Shown: positions 1 to 13,560, counted from the first letter of the stretch. The stretch: 64,000 nt of DNA from Felis catus (GCF_018350175.1 NC_058368.1:217188001-217252000); one strand, 5' to 3'. A program made the numbers and translations. Notes: a model not told the origin generated them from the sequence alone.

Positions 1-1519
1 ACAAAGCATCATGCTGCATAACAGTAACAGCAGTAACTAATGCAAGTTTTTGTCTACAGACGCGTCTTTTAAAAATGGACCTACCTATGCACAATATCAT
101 CACTAACCTTAAAGAATTCTCTTGTTTCACCTTAGTGGAGAAGTAGGCCCTTAAGCATTTTGTCAGCATTTCAAGAGTGATGAATAAGCTGGCTTGAAGT
201 ACTTCATGCATGCATTTTAATGATTAGAAGGGACTATAATTCTCCTTAGTCTACCTCAAGTTCCAGAGGAACCTAACTCCTGAAACTGAACCTGCATTAT
301 CTTGTAGGCATCTTTATAAATGAATCTAGAAATGCTGTTCACAGTATTTGCCTCCAGTGACATTCATCCTAATTGAATTGTAAATGAAGCAGTCAGGGTG
401 TAAACCAACCTAAAGCTTTCTTCACTCCTGAAAGGCAAGGAAAAGCCTTAAATATATCCCTTTCATTGTTAGTGACTCTGAAATGACATTGAGAATTGTC
501 CATTCAGGCTTCTCTTTTTATGGGAAGAGCTTCATTTTAAATCATCTGTATCTTCAAGACATTCACTACAGTGTCCTTGAAAAAAAAAAGTTACTTTAGA
601 ATCAAATTCACATGAAAGTGAAAATACTACTAATGTGATTTATTTATAAAATAATATCCAGTAGTTATTAAATTATCATAAGTAACCACAGGTTAAGTGC
701 TTTGACTAAATTTGGAAGATGCAAATACCTCTCAAGGTGTCTGGAGACGTCCAGATTTATCTTGCGACTGATTTCAGGTGAACAGTCTCTTTTAACACTT
801 TACAAATATGTTCATCAAATTGGCAGCAGGATTGAGAATCCATCATGTTTCTAAAATACATATATTTCATATGTCAGAAATCCAGCTTGACATCATACCA
901 TTGTGATAGGAAGAAAAAAGTGAATACATTTTGACTCAATTGGTTAAGGAATAATTTTCATCTACAAAAAGAAAGTGATTAAAGTGAAAAATAACTAACT
1001 TATGAAATACTTACTGTGTTTTTTTTCTTACTGTGGTTTTTGAAAAAAAACAATCATTGTTATATTTTAGTGCACAGAAGACTCAGTTTGATGGAGAAGG
1101 GAAGGTAGTTTAAGAACCATTAATATCTATAGGCCAATTCCTGGCAATTGAGATTCCCTTACTTGCCAAACTGGACTATGTTGACTAGAATTGACTTGTA
1201 CACTCTTGTCAACACAGCCTAACCTCTGGCATTTTGGCAACGTTAACAATTGAAATAATGAAGATACCAAATACGAAGGTGTCAAAGGGTCAGAGTTAAT
1301 GAGTTAAATCCATGGATAAAAAGAAAAAGTGGAAGAATCAAAAAAAATGAGAGAGGCATTTGACCCTAGTTAGAAAAAAAAAATACTGTGACGATTCCTC
1401 CGTTACAGTACAATGAGATCCTGGGGAAAGTATGGTTCGCTTTAAAATTATTTATGGACTAATAAATTAAAAACAGAAAGGAATTAGGTAAAACTAAAAT
1501 AAGAAGTGCTCTTGGCTAA

Positions 1520-2290
1520 AGTCTATCCTGCCAAAATTTATACATGTTGAAGTGCTCACCCCTGTTACCAGTATAGCATGCTTTTCCACTTAAAAAATTA
1601 TAAGGAAAAATAAATGGCAAAGAGCACAACTTGAACAGACTGAACAACATCAGAACTAGAGTCAGATATGGCAGAAATGGTGGGTTTAACAAATTGGGAA
1701 CTAAAACAAACAAGGAAGCAAACAAAAACTATGATTAATATGGTAGAGATTCCAATGGAAAAGGTGGACAACATGCAAAAATAGATGGGCAATGTAAGCA
1801 GAGATGGACACTCTAAGAAAGAATCAAACACATGCTAGAGTTCAAACACACTAAATGTAAATGAGAATGCTTTTGATGGGAAATTGCCTTTGATGGCCTT
1901 AATAATAGACTAGACATGACTAAGGTAAAAAATCTCTGAGCTTGGGGATATTTCAGTAAAAACTTCCAAAACTGGAAGGGAAGAGAAAACATACTAGAAA
2001 AAAAAAAAGAAAAGAGAGAGAGAATATATAAGAACTGTGGGAGAACTACAAAAAGTAGAACTATATACAATAGGAATACCAGAAGAAGAAGAAAGAAAGG
2101 AATAGGGAATTTGTTGCTAGTAGACTGTTTTGCAAGAAACATTAAAAATTATTGAGAGAGAAGGACAATAATAAAGATCAGAAACTGAAATCTTTATAAT
2201 GACAGGAAGAGCATCAAAGAAGAAATAAGTGAAGGTAGGATCAAAACTTTTCTTTTTTTTTTATTCTCAATTGATATAACAGAGAATTAA
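1520..2290 (+). mobile_element. Old L1 (L1M/L1MC-type) fragment, ORF1 region
   Basis: A-rich strand with L1M ORF1-like text (atgattaatatggtagagattccaatggaaaaggtggacaacatgcaaaaatagatgggcaatgtaagcagagatgg); resembles 39440-39510. Confidence 0.65.
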
Positions 2291-2384
2291 TAGGCTAAGT
2301 AAACATTAATATTAGAATTCACCCTTATGCAAAACAAGGAATTTTTTGATTCTTGCTCTAATCATAGAGAATTTAAATAAGGTT

Positions 2385-2596
2385 AATTTATTTTATTATT
2401 ATTTTTTAATGTTTACTTATTTTGAGAGAGACAGTCTGAGCATGGGAGGGGCAGAGAGAGAGGGAGAGAGACTCCCAAGCATGCTCCATGCTGAGCAAAG
2501 AGCCAGACACAGGGCTCAATCCCATGACCATGAGATTATGACCTGAGTCAAAATCAAGAGTTGGACGCCTAACCAACTAAGCCATCCAGGTGCCCC
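2385..2596 (-). mobile_element. Can-SINE (feline SINEC)
   Basis: Poly-T, (GA)n, catgagattatgacctgag and ccaggtgcccc end. Confidence 0.95.
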
Positions 2597-2689
2597 AAAA
2601 GATACTTTGTTTTAAAGACTACAGTTTCCATTTAATTTACATTTTTCAGCTGTTTAAAATACTCCCCCCCCCTCCATGACAAGACATTG

Positions 2690-2795
2690 TTATTCCATTT
2701 TAGTATTTAAGAAATTGAGGTTCAGAAACACCAAACAGTATGCCTAAGTCATAAAATCAGGGGAGCTAAAACTTTGAAACCAATCTGCATAACTT
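2690..2795 (-). mobile_element. MIR fragment
   Basis: attattccattttag...aagaaattgaggttcagaaa MIR-core-like text. Confidence 0.5.
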
Positions 2796-3654
2796 CAAAA
2801 GAATTGCTTTTATTCTTTGTTGGCTCTCTGAAGGATAAGACTTGCTGAACTATTGACAAGTTTGGGAAGATATTTCACACAGTACAAAAACACTTATAAA
2901 GTTCACTGGAAGTCAAGTATCACAGTACAGACCCCTAAACTCTTCTTTCTGATGTTTTGTTTGAGGAAGATAAATATTACTCAAATAATGTTGAAAAACA
3001 GTATGTAAATTGAGGGCATATTACAAAAGACAGAACATGTTTCAGGCATAGACATTGCTTTGATAATGTCAGTAACAAGTCCTGATGATAAACTGATAAT
3101 CCAGAGTTAGACATACAAAAATTATGTTGCATAAAGTAGTGATAAACCTTACTAGATGTGGACATGTCAAATTTTGGACATACTAAAAATGTGCTCTATT
3201 CAATCATTCTGCTGTGAGGAGTGCCAGTCAATCTCAACTTACAGATAGACATGGCAGAACTTGCTTATACAAAACATTTCTTTCTGAATTGATATGGTGT
3301 CCTATTTCAGTGTCATATCAAGTTCCTGTAAAGGTGTCAATCCGTAGACTCTTAATTCTGATTAGTTGAAAAGTCTATTTTTCTGCCATTCACATTATTT
3401 TGATCATCCTGCTTTATACTAAAGCTTAATATCTAGAAAAGCAGTCCCCTTCCCATTCTTTCTCAATATTTTCTAGCCAATTATGGCTCTTTTCATATTC
3501 TGTATAAATGTTTCAATTAGCTTGTAAGTTTCAAGGGTAAAATCATTCAAAGATATTTATTAAAGTTATCTTGAATTTATAGGTTCAATTGAGTACATTG
3601 AAATTTTTATGATATTTTAGCATTTATGTAAATGTTTTATCTTTCAAATAATTA

Positions 3655-3899
3655 TTTTTTAAAATTTTTTATTATTTATTTTTGTTTAATTTTTTTAACG
3701 TTTATTTATTTTTGAGACAGAGAGAGACAGAGCGTGAATGCGGGAGGGTCAGAGAGAGAGAGGGAGACACAGAATCTGAAACAGGCTCCAGGCTCTGCAC
3801 TGTCAGCACACAGCCCCACGCAGGGCTCGAACTTACGGACGTGAGATCATGACCTGGGCCAAAGTCGGACACTTAACCAACTGAGCCACCGGGTGTCCC
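3655..3899 (-). mobile_element. Can-SINE (SINEC_Fc)
   Basis: gagacacagaatctgaaacaggctccaggctctg...ctgagccaccgggtgtccc. Confidence 0.95.
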
Positions 3900-4060
3900 A
3901 AGTTTTTATAATTTTTGAGATGGCTTTCACAACTTTTATGAGGTATATGTCTATGTCCTATATATGCATAATATTTTTGCTGCTATACTCTACTGATACT
4001 ATTCTGTAAAATTATATTTCCTAATTGGTTCATGGTACATGTAAAAGTTGTTGATTTTTT

Positions 4061-4263
4061 TTAACATTTATTTATTTTTGAGACACAGAGAGACAGAGCA
4101 TGAACGGGGGAGGGTCAGAGAGAGGGAGACACAGAATCTGAAGCAGGCTCCAGGCTCTGAGCTGTCAGCACATACCCTGACATGGGGCTCGAACTCACGG
4201 ACCGCGAGATCATGACCTGAGCCGAAGTTGGCCGCTTAACCGACTGAGCCACCCAGGCGCCCC
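4061..4263 (-). mobile_element. Can-SINE (SINEC_Fc)
   Basis: Full body; TSD aagtt(g/c)ttgatttttt at 4045-4060 and 4264-4279. Confidence 0.97.
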
Positions 4264-4629
4264 AAGTTCTTGATTTTTTTATGTTACTTTTTATGCAACA
4301 ACATTATAGCATTTCATTAAAATGCTAATTTGTTTACCTCTTGGGATTTTATGGAAAAGAGTATTATCTTCCAAATACAAATCATAGCATTTTTTCTTAA
4401 AATATTATATTTTTTTTCTTAAGACATAATGTTACCTAGCCAGGAATTAACATATATGTTCATATTATTTATATATATTTTATATATTTTTAAATTTTAA
4501 AATAGCATGTATTAATTTAAGCAAATAGATCCCATTCTTGGGAGCAAAGAAAAGTAAATGTCTTCCTTAATGAGAAATTGTCTGAGCACGATTTCTGGTG
4601 ATATTTACCTTTTTAAAATCTTCTTGAAT

Positions 4630-4840
4630 ATACTAAGAGGATAGATTGCAGGTTAAGAGCTCTTAACACACACGCACATACACAAAAGAACACAAGGGAA
4701 TTTTTGGAGGTAATAAGTATGTTTAGTGCTTTGATTGATGGTGGTTTCACAAGTATTTACATATGTCCAAACTCGTCGAAATGTAAGCATAAAATTATGC
4801 AGTATTTTTTTACCTACATTATACTTTAATAAAGCTTAAA
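4630..4840 (+). mobile_element. L1 3' end (L1MA/L1MB-like)
   Basis: ggaggtaataagtatgtttagtgctttgattgatggtggtttcacaagtatttacatatgtccaaactc...aataaagc. Confidence 0.7.
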
Positions 4841-5668
4841 ATAGAACACTAAAACCTTATGTTCTCCAAAAGGCCTTTTAAAAACCAAAATATTGCAAAA
4901 AATATTCTGTACTCTTTAATGCCAGTACATCTTTAAGATTTCATCATTTTCTAAAACTGGAAATTACAAAAATTAGCTCAAGAAAAAGGAATAGATAAAA
5001 TAAGTAATAGAGTAAGCTGAACAAAAATATTCTTATTTCTATTTTTTTAAAGTTCTAAAACCAGAGTTTAACAAGTGAGTTATCTCAAATGTCTAATAAA
5101 TAGAAATTACATAGAAATGTCTTTTAAAAAGAGACTAGTGTCAAAACACCTAAGGTTGTTACATATACAAAAAAGTATTATGTATTTGCCTCCAGGCAAA
5201 ATGTATATAATTACCAGCAAATATTTTACTAAAATGTTAGTTAAATTATGTACTTTAAGTAGAGTTTATTCTGGAAATAAAGTAGTAAAACTTTACTTGA
5301 TATAATGAGCTGAACTATAAGTTACTAATAAATATGGACCAAAAGGGACTTATTTAGTATTATTTGAAAAGTAAGTTAGTATTCTTTTTAAATCATGAAC
5401 AAAATCAGCTCAATGTTCTATTTAGTGAGAAGGTTTTATGAGTTGATTATCTGTCTATCCATTAACTGTTCTATCAACCGATCTGTCCAACCATCATTTG
5501 GTTTCATATAAGAAATAATTAAGATAATAAAGTGTATGTTCTTTCTATATTATACTTTTACATGACCAATATCAGAACATGATTTTTTTTAAGTCTGTGC
5601 AAAATTATTTTAGAATTTATCAAGGAAAAAGGCATTTAAATAAAAAAGAAAAATAGAACACAAAAATA

Positions 5669-5684
5669 ACACACACACATACAT

Positions 5685-5718
<34 letters not shown>
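5669..5718. repeat. (CA)n microsatellite
   Basis: Seen directly. Confidence 0.95.
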
Positions 5719-5722
<4 letters not shown>

Positions 5723-6259
5723 CACAGACCATCATCAACAACTGGACCTTTGAATACAAAGACTAATAGTATTTCCTAGGAGACAAGAAGCTCATGTATT
5801 GAGAGAACTTAAGAACACATCAAAGATAAGTAATGACATATAAATTTAGAGCCTATGAGGTATGGTGTCCTGGACAATGACACATAAGCTATTAAAAAAA
5901 AAAAAAACACCTTTCCAGAATTCCAGTGATTAGAGTGGAGATGTTCCATGACTTAAAATACTCTCTGCATTGGAAGGGGTGATCCCATGAACTGTGCTTA
6001 AACATCATGTATGATCCTGGGTAGGCGGTACATATCTATAAGGATCCAAGCAAAAGCCCTCAGTGATGTGTAAGATCTCTAATTCACATGTGTATGATTT
6101 CACAATCTGATCTTAAGTGGTAGCTCATGTATTTAATGTGAAGTTCACACATAGCTCACCTGTAGTTCAAATGTAGCTCACTTTGTAATTCACATCTTGT
6201 CTTCCCCTGCTTCATTTTGACCAACATGTATTAACATCTATTTCCCAGGTCACCACACA

Positions 6260-7090
6260 ACTTTTCACTAACTGTTAAACTATTAAACACATTTTCATGT
6301 TCTAAGATTCAGTGTTCTAAAGAGTCTGTATTCGATATCCCATATTCTATAATATTCAGCATTCTAGGATTTTAATTTGATATGTTTATACATTCCATTT
6401 TTCTCATGAAAATCTCCATTTGTCTTTTATTTCCTTTTGCATATTAATCAACTATTTTGGATTGTGTGCTTTTAACACCGAAATAGGGATTCACTTTTGC
6501 TCTGTTTCTATTCATGATGAATCTTCTTCGTGATTTTTTTCCCTGTCTCATGGAGCTTTTATCTCATTTTTTAATTGAACTTCATGTTAAGTATGAAAAA
6601 TCATAGAGAATTGGTGGTTGATAGAGACAAGTAATCTTGATCCAGTTAGAGCCTGGGATGATTTGAGTCTGGGTTTCAGCCATGTGAGGGCTGCTCATTT
6701 CCCTGTTTGCTTTACTCTCAGGATATAGCATTTCAGAAGGCTCAACTGAAACCCTGTGGTGTTTAATAAGGCCTCTTCTCTTTGCCTGTTTCTGAGTTCC
6801 AATTTTTATGTCACCAGCACAGCAAGACTGCCAATATTTCTGCTTAGATATTTAGTATCTCAGCTGCTGCTTTCAGCATGATCTCTAGTCCTCCTATTCC
6901 TAAAATTATATTTTTATCTGGGTTCTTGGTTTCTGAACTTTTGGCTGCCTCGGCTGCTCTTCAGTGTCCTGAAATGTCTTTATTTTTATTTTATTTTTTT
7001 TTAACATTTGTTATGCAGCTTTTGTAGTTGTCCTCAGTGGAAATGTTGCTCTGACAAACCTAGTTTGTAATAGCCAAAATGGAAGTTTTG
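6260..7090 (-). mobile_element. Old L1M 5'-region fragment
   Basis: T-rich degenerate text resembling antisense L1M4/L1MC 5' sequence. Confidence 0.4.
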
Positions 7091-7429
7091 TTTGTAGTTT
7101 CTTTAATCAATTGTTTTCCCTCTTTAACCAATTAAAAACTATTTTTCATTTCCTTAAAAATAAATGCAGTTGCATCATTTATACTGTAACTGTGTTGTGG
7201 TCATTTTTTTTTCTGTTACGATAAAGACTTTTGCAAACTAAACACAACAAAACAAAAGTGAAACTAAATAAAACCTTCCATGGTAGTATTTGATTTTCCT
7301 GGAGTTGAGATAGTTGGGGATTAAAAATCTGGCTTATCTTATATTTTATATTGAAAAGATACTCAACAAAATAGAATATAAATGATTTAAAAATTAAACC
7401 TTTGTAATATCTAAGAAAAATATAATTCT

Positions 7430-7810
7430 GTCCCAGGGATTGCCAATCCCCAGCATGATCTATTTTCCTTTCCTCAAACACACAGTTCAATTAGATTTCC
7501 ATCCCTCTTGCTGGCAAGTAAAACAGTATCAATAAATTTTAGCCAAAAGAATGTGCACAGAATAAATATATGATCACTAAATATTTACCATATATTTTTT
7601 CCACTGTCATTCATGTGAGAGGTGATTTGGAGATAAGTGGTGGGGCTGATGACTGCACAATATGGAGCATGGCCCCCATGTTACCATCGTAGAGCAGTGA
7701 GTGTGTTGACCCGCACTGAAATATAACATGAGCAAAGACATAAACTTTTATTGGGTTCAGATCCTGAAAGTTCGGAATACATTGTTCTAACACTTAGCAC
7801 AGTCTATTTA
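7430..7810 (+). mobile_element. MaLR LTR (MLT1I/J-like)
   Basis: ttagccaaaagaatgtgcacagaa ... aacatgagcaaagacataaacttttattgggttcagatcctgaaagttcgg 3' signature. Confidence 0.65.
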
Positions 7811-8169
7811 TATGATGTATACGATAAATACCAAATATTCTAAATCAACTTACACAGATGCTAATATTTCTCCGTACTTCTTCAGAATTGTGGACCAGTC
7901 CCAAATATTAATGCTGAGTTAGCCATTCTAACAAAAATATCAATGTGCCAAAATATAAAGTAGAATTCATAAATGTGCTAATTAACATAACAAGTATTTA
8001 TTAAGCAGCTATTATGTAAGAGGTGCAATTCAAAACATTAGAGATTTGGCATGAAAAATAAAACTGTCATTCTAGAAATTATATTATTTGGGGACATAGA
8101 ACAATAAGGGGCTTTGAGAGTCATATGTATCAGAAAACATTTTTCTGAATTAGAAACTCTACAAATTTC

Positions 8170-8384
8170 TTTTTAAAAAAATGTTTTCATTTATTTTTTA
8201 GGGAGAAAGAGAGACAGAGCACGAGTAGGGGAAGGCAGAGAGAGAGGGAGACACAGAATTGGAAACAGGCTCCAGGCTCTGAGCTGTCAGCACAGAGCCC
8301 GATGCAGGGCTCAAACTCAGAACCATGAGATCATGACCTGATCTGTAGTCGGATGCTCAACCGACTGAGCCACCCAGGTGCTCC
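8170..8384 (-). mobile_element. Can-SINE (SINEC_Fc)
   Basis: Full body; TSD agaaact(c/a)taca(a/c)attt at 8152 and 8385. Confidence 0.96.
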
Positions 8385-9159
8385 AGAAACTATACACATT
8401 TTATAAACAATGTGTTTAAATGAAATAAATGTTTCAAAAAATTATTTCTAGTCATCTATGTCAAAATAGATACACCATATAAGATGGGTTTTTTTTTTAA
8501 GCTGTTGGTGAGTTTCAACATTTTATTTAACGAAAGATAAATGTAAGTCATCTGTTTGGTTATTTTGAATATGAGAAGATATTAAAAATATAGTGATGAT
8601 ATCACTCTTATTTTTGAGACCACCACAATCAGTGTCTCAACTGAAGTGCCTCTTTTCTCGGATTTGTTTTCTGAGAATACTTTTGGCTGAATTGAAAAAA
8701 CTAGGGCTCAGATTCTAATCAAAGCAATGTAATAAAAATACATGAATCATTTGCAACTTTAGAGTTGCATTTCCTTAGCTGAATAACCAGCACTAGTGGG
8801 TTTTCTGACGGAGTATTAGTTGTTCAGTTACATTTCCCCAAGTATTTAGCTTCTATATTCATAGGTTTCTCTAAGTTACATATGCATTTTTAAAAATATA
8901 TATTGCAAAGAAACAGAATAATGGAATTATAACTTAATGAAGCATTATCAGTGTTCAATATGCAATCTTTGTGAAGTACTTTTTGGCTTTCTTTGTCATT
9001 GAAGACTTTCTCATTAGATGATTTACCAGTGTGGGCTCTGCTTGAAAAGACAAAGTGACATTAATAGCAAGTCTCCTTTTTTTTTTTTCTTCAAATGAAA
9101 TCAAGTACAAGTGAAAGAGAGAAACAAACATATGTGACTAGGACTAGAATTAGATATGG

Positions 9160-9173
9160 CCAGGAGAAGAAAG

Positions 9174-9228
<55 letters not shown>

Positions 9229-9326
9229 AGAAAGAGGACGGGAGGGGAGGGGAGTGGAGGGGAGAGGAGGGGACGAGAGGAGAGGAGAGGAGAGGAGGAA
9301 GAAAGGAATGGGAAAAAGAAAGGAAA
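9160..9326. repeat. Compound purine microsatellite: (GAAA)n followed by (GGGGA/GGAGA)n
   Basis: Seen directly; it explains the four low-complexity ORFs at 9091-9392. Confidence 0.95.
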
Positions 9327-9384
9327 ACAATAGCTATATATAGAGACAGACTCTTCTTTTCAAGAAGATATGTCATTAAGGAGT

Positions 9385-9650
9385 TTGGCTAACTGAAACG
9401 CTTTCTTGGGACAGACCTTGGCCAATGACTGAGCAAAGCAGTAGTAACAACTATCCTGACTTTCTTGAGTGACCTTCAGACAATGACTGTACAAGTTACC
9501 TGTTCAAGGACCAGACCATTCCATCCAAGGCAGGACTTTGCTCCGGAATTCTCCTTGGGGCTGGAAGAGACCATGTCTACCTTGTGGTTTGAGGACTCCC
9601 TCATATATTCCTGTGTCTTGCCTACTTCATTGCTTAGGGCTATTCTCAAT
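9385..9650 (+). mobile_element. Possible ERVL-class LTR fragment (LTR16-like)
   Basis: ccttggccaatgactga...gaccattccatcc...ctccttggggctgg; weak similarity from memory. Confidence 0.35.
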
Positions 9651-12600
9651 ATATTTTGTGTGTGTGTGTGCCACTATCTCTCTCTCAGTACCTACTTCCC
9701 AGAAAAAAACAACCAATCACAATCACTTTTGAATTAGAAGGAAACAAAGGCCTATTAAAATAAAACTTATTTCAGAGTTTCATTTAAGGCATTCGAATTG
9801 AGAGGAATTAACTTTCCTTATTTTTATGTTCTGACATCAACACAAGAGGTTGAAGGCTTGGTTAAGTATGCATTGGTATTATGTTTGTATCAATTTCAGT
9901 ATTTCCGAATGAATAAAAACAATACTAAAATTCTTGATGTCTGGTGAGCCCTGTCCTAGCTTATCACTGGTGTTGTTATTTTATTTTTAATATCCTTAGA
10001 TTGTGACATTATCTATGAACTGACACTTTTTGACTGCAAACTAAGTAAAATGGTATGCAAAAATGATTATTGTGATAAAGTTCCACTGTAAATAGACCAA
10101 GTGTTCAGAAAAAGAGAAAATATGCACACATGTAAGACTAGAAAATGTTAATATTATTTCAAATTAAACCCATAGACAGAAATAAAATAAGCAATTCAAC
10201 CTTTATAATTTCATAATTTTGCAAAAAATCTGTCACATAATGCCAAATACCTCTACATCTTGGCATAAAGCCTAACTGATATTTATCATATTAACCAGAG
10301 TCTCTTTTTCAGAGGCGCACAATAAAAGACAAATTAATATCTAACAAATACCAAAGAGAAAGAATCTTGGATCTAGTTTTAAAATGCAGAATCCTAAGTC
10401 CAAGAGCGCTAATGCCTCTCTTGACACTGATAGATTCATATTGATAATATTTTAGATTTCATCACATTTGTCCAACTAGTGATTTGAAACATACTGATAA
10501 CAGTAAGTATTAGTTGTATGAGAAAGCTGGGAATCTCGGAGAAGGAATTTCAGCAGTTACAATGGAAATAGCCCAATTTCACCCAGCACTAGATGCTCTT
10601 TCACTCTACTACTGTAAAACTTCAACAGCGGACAAATAGACTGAAGGAATTAGTATTGATTCTCAAACACAAGTATCAAGTTGTTGTCATGACAATGAAC
10701 CATAGCTACAATTGTGTTCTCATTAGAAATGATACAGCAAAGCTCCCACCTCACAGCACAGCCACAGCGGCTTATTCTGCTGGTACCCAAAGCCGTAAGA
10801 GAAGGATGCAGTCAATAAAAGCTTTATATCTTGTCTGGATGCCAATTGCAAATTGAATATGGACTAGAAAATTGACAAAAGTGTTTGTCAACCCTTATGA
10901 CCTGTGCACAAATTGTCAGATTGATACATTCATCTTGGGCCATCTGCTCTGAATCTGTTCTGCTCCCCCCACTCCAGAAGTCAAACGGATTATCCTAAGT
11001 GGTTGTAAAATGGCATGTGAGATTATTTGGGTAAAACAACGTGATTCTACTACAAAAATAATAATATACTAAATGCAATAGGTTTCAACAGAGAATAAAT
11101 TCATACACCAAAGTACTGTAAACAAGATAATTCACATTTGTCCCACCTGTACATTAAAACAAATAAAAAAAAGAACATCTGCTATACGATGATGGCTAAA
11201 GTTTCATAAGTTTCCTTATATCGGTGTGTCTGAGCACTTTCACTTATGCACAGGCTATCTGTAGATGCAAAATTACTACCTTAAATGAATGCAAATATCG
11301 TTTCTTTCTGTTAGTGAGATATACATGAACTTGTCTGATAAAACCCAAGTCGAAGGAGCTTATTTTTTCAAAGGTAATTATATTTTTAAAACCTAAAGTT
11401 AAAGGTGTGCTTCTTCAATATCTCTGATTACCCCTGTTCTAAAAGTTCCATCTTTGACCAGGAAAACATTTCAGAGGTCTCTTAACACAAGCTGATCTTG
11501 GGATAAAGAGAACAGGATCACATTTAGCTTGTCAATAAAAGCAAATAAATACCTTGACAGAGAATAACTCCGTGCTGAAAATTGTGAGTGGCAGTGCTGT
11601 TATTGAAAATAAAATAATGTGAAATCTGATTTCACTTGTGTGTCAACTGTGTTTCTATATTTATATGACAATTTTTTTTCCTAAGCCAATTTAAAATACT
11701 TTGGATTTCATTATGTTGGAACTTCTTACTTTTCACATTTTTAGTATCTTCCAAAGACACAAATAATTCAGTATTTTAAAATGGTATTTGAAATGGAAAA
11801 TGGGACATGTATTTATTTTGATTAATGACTAAAGGTCCAAATACCATGTTATTTGGAATGTTGCCAAGATAATTTCCTTTTAATTATATAGTGAAATTAA
11901 AGAGATACTTAATGAGATAATAGATACATTTTTTAATAATCTGTTTTCTCATTTTAGCTTAAGCTTAAATAATGCACTATTATTTGCTTTTAACTACCTC
12001 TAATGATAGATTAAAAGCATAACTAATTGTCCTTCATGATAATTTTATTTAGTTTAAGGAGTATTTCCAATTTTTTTTCTTTTTTTTTGTTTCCTTAAAG
12101 GAAAGAGTAATAATTACTTGATTATATGTATTTTTAAAAGCTAATTAAATACTTTGTACTTCTAAATATTTCAAGTGACACAAAAATGATTGTTTTACTT
12201 TTCTTTTTTAATGATATCAACATATGTTTCCAAAAGAAAAGCATGAGAGAGCAATAAATTAACAGTCCACTATATTTAAATCTCACATATTAATAAAGTA
12301 TTTTTAGATGAAAAAAATAATTTGGTTTCTCCAATGATGACCTGATGAAGAACACTGAAATAAGACGAAAAATGGAAATTAATAGATTTGCTACAAAACT
12401 TTTAGACAAATGTTTTCCTTGTTGGGGGAAAAGAAAGGTAGCATTCTTTATTTCTTAAACATGATTTTTTCCTAATTGTTGCCTTGTCAACTTTATACGT
12501 TGAGATATTTATTTCATTAGATGGAAAAGATTAATTATCTGATCATAATACATTTTGATGCCTCCACTGAGGTAAGCATGAAATAATCATTTGTTTCCTT

Positions 12601-13058
12601 GAGCTCAAACAGTGAATCCCTCTGTGAACTAAGTCAATTCTTCCTAGTAGATTACTGCAAATTACTTTTAATTGTGTGCATCTATTGAATTATAAGGCAA
12701 TAATTCAGAGAAAATGAGTGTTTTAAAAAGTTTTATGATGTGTATTACAAACACTTTCCCAATTCCTCGTTTGGCATGATAAAATAAATTTTTACTGAAA
12801 ATGCTACATCTTCCGAGAAACCTTTTAATTATAAAATAATTCCAGTGGGAAAAATAATTTAAGCCAGTTTACTTATTCAGGACACACATTCCTTCTCAGC
12901 CCTGTGGCCTCACTGATCTTGCTTCAGTAACTTCAGCATCTAAAGATTAACAGGAAATATTCTTTAATTCATCATTTTGTTACCATCACCTTGTTAGGTT
13001 CTTGGAATACAATGGTTAGTCAATTATGTGTTTCATTTTTTAAAAAAATGAATGAATA

Positions 13059-13310
13059 GAGAAGCCTAAGTGGCTCATTTAAAAAATGAATGAATAGAGA
13101 AGCCTAAGTTAATTATCCGACTCCTGATTTTGGCTCAGGTCATTATCTTACGGGTTCCTGAGAACGAGCCCCACATGGTTCTCTTTGGGAACAGCATGGA
13201 GGCTGCTTGGGATTTCCTCTCTTCCTCTCTCTCAGCCCCTCCCCTGCTCTCACACACAGGGTCTCTCTCTCCCTCTCTCTCTCAAAAATAAATAAATAAA
13301 CATTTTTAAA
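13059..13310 (+). mobile_element. Can-SINE with a duplicated head/flank
   Basis: ggctcaggtcattatctt..., (CT)n and aaataaataaataaa tail. Confidence 0.9.
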
Positions 13311-13560
13311 AGATGAATAAATGACTGAATGAATGAGTATATGAGAACAACCTTTGATAGTGCTTATATCTGGTTAAGAAATTTAATAAGACCGCCTAGA
13401 AAACATGAACTTAAGGGCGCAGAAATTAGGACTTTGAGAGGAAGAGACTTCCTTTGGTCTTGTAACAAATGTTTTCCTCAACTTAGTATCGCCAAGAGAT
13501 GTGTGCATAAGGAATAATGAGCTACTATCTTAGCCCATTAATGAAGCATAATTTGTACCT

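Larger units (their letters stand above)
3290..4440 (-). mobile_element. Old L1 ORF2 fragment interrupted by two SINEs
   Basis: T-rich antisense L1 text (ttgaatttataggttcaattgagtacattgaaatttttatgatatt). Confidence 0.55.

Noticed and set aside
9091..9392. Four overlapping ORFs (Lys/Glu/Arg-rich or Phe/Leu/Ser-rich)
   Set aside because: Translations of the GAAA/GGAGA microsatellite
12334..12400. ATGATGA C-box suggesting a C/D snoRNA
   Set aside because: No suitably placed D box with a terminal stem
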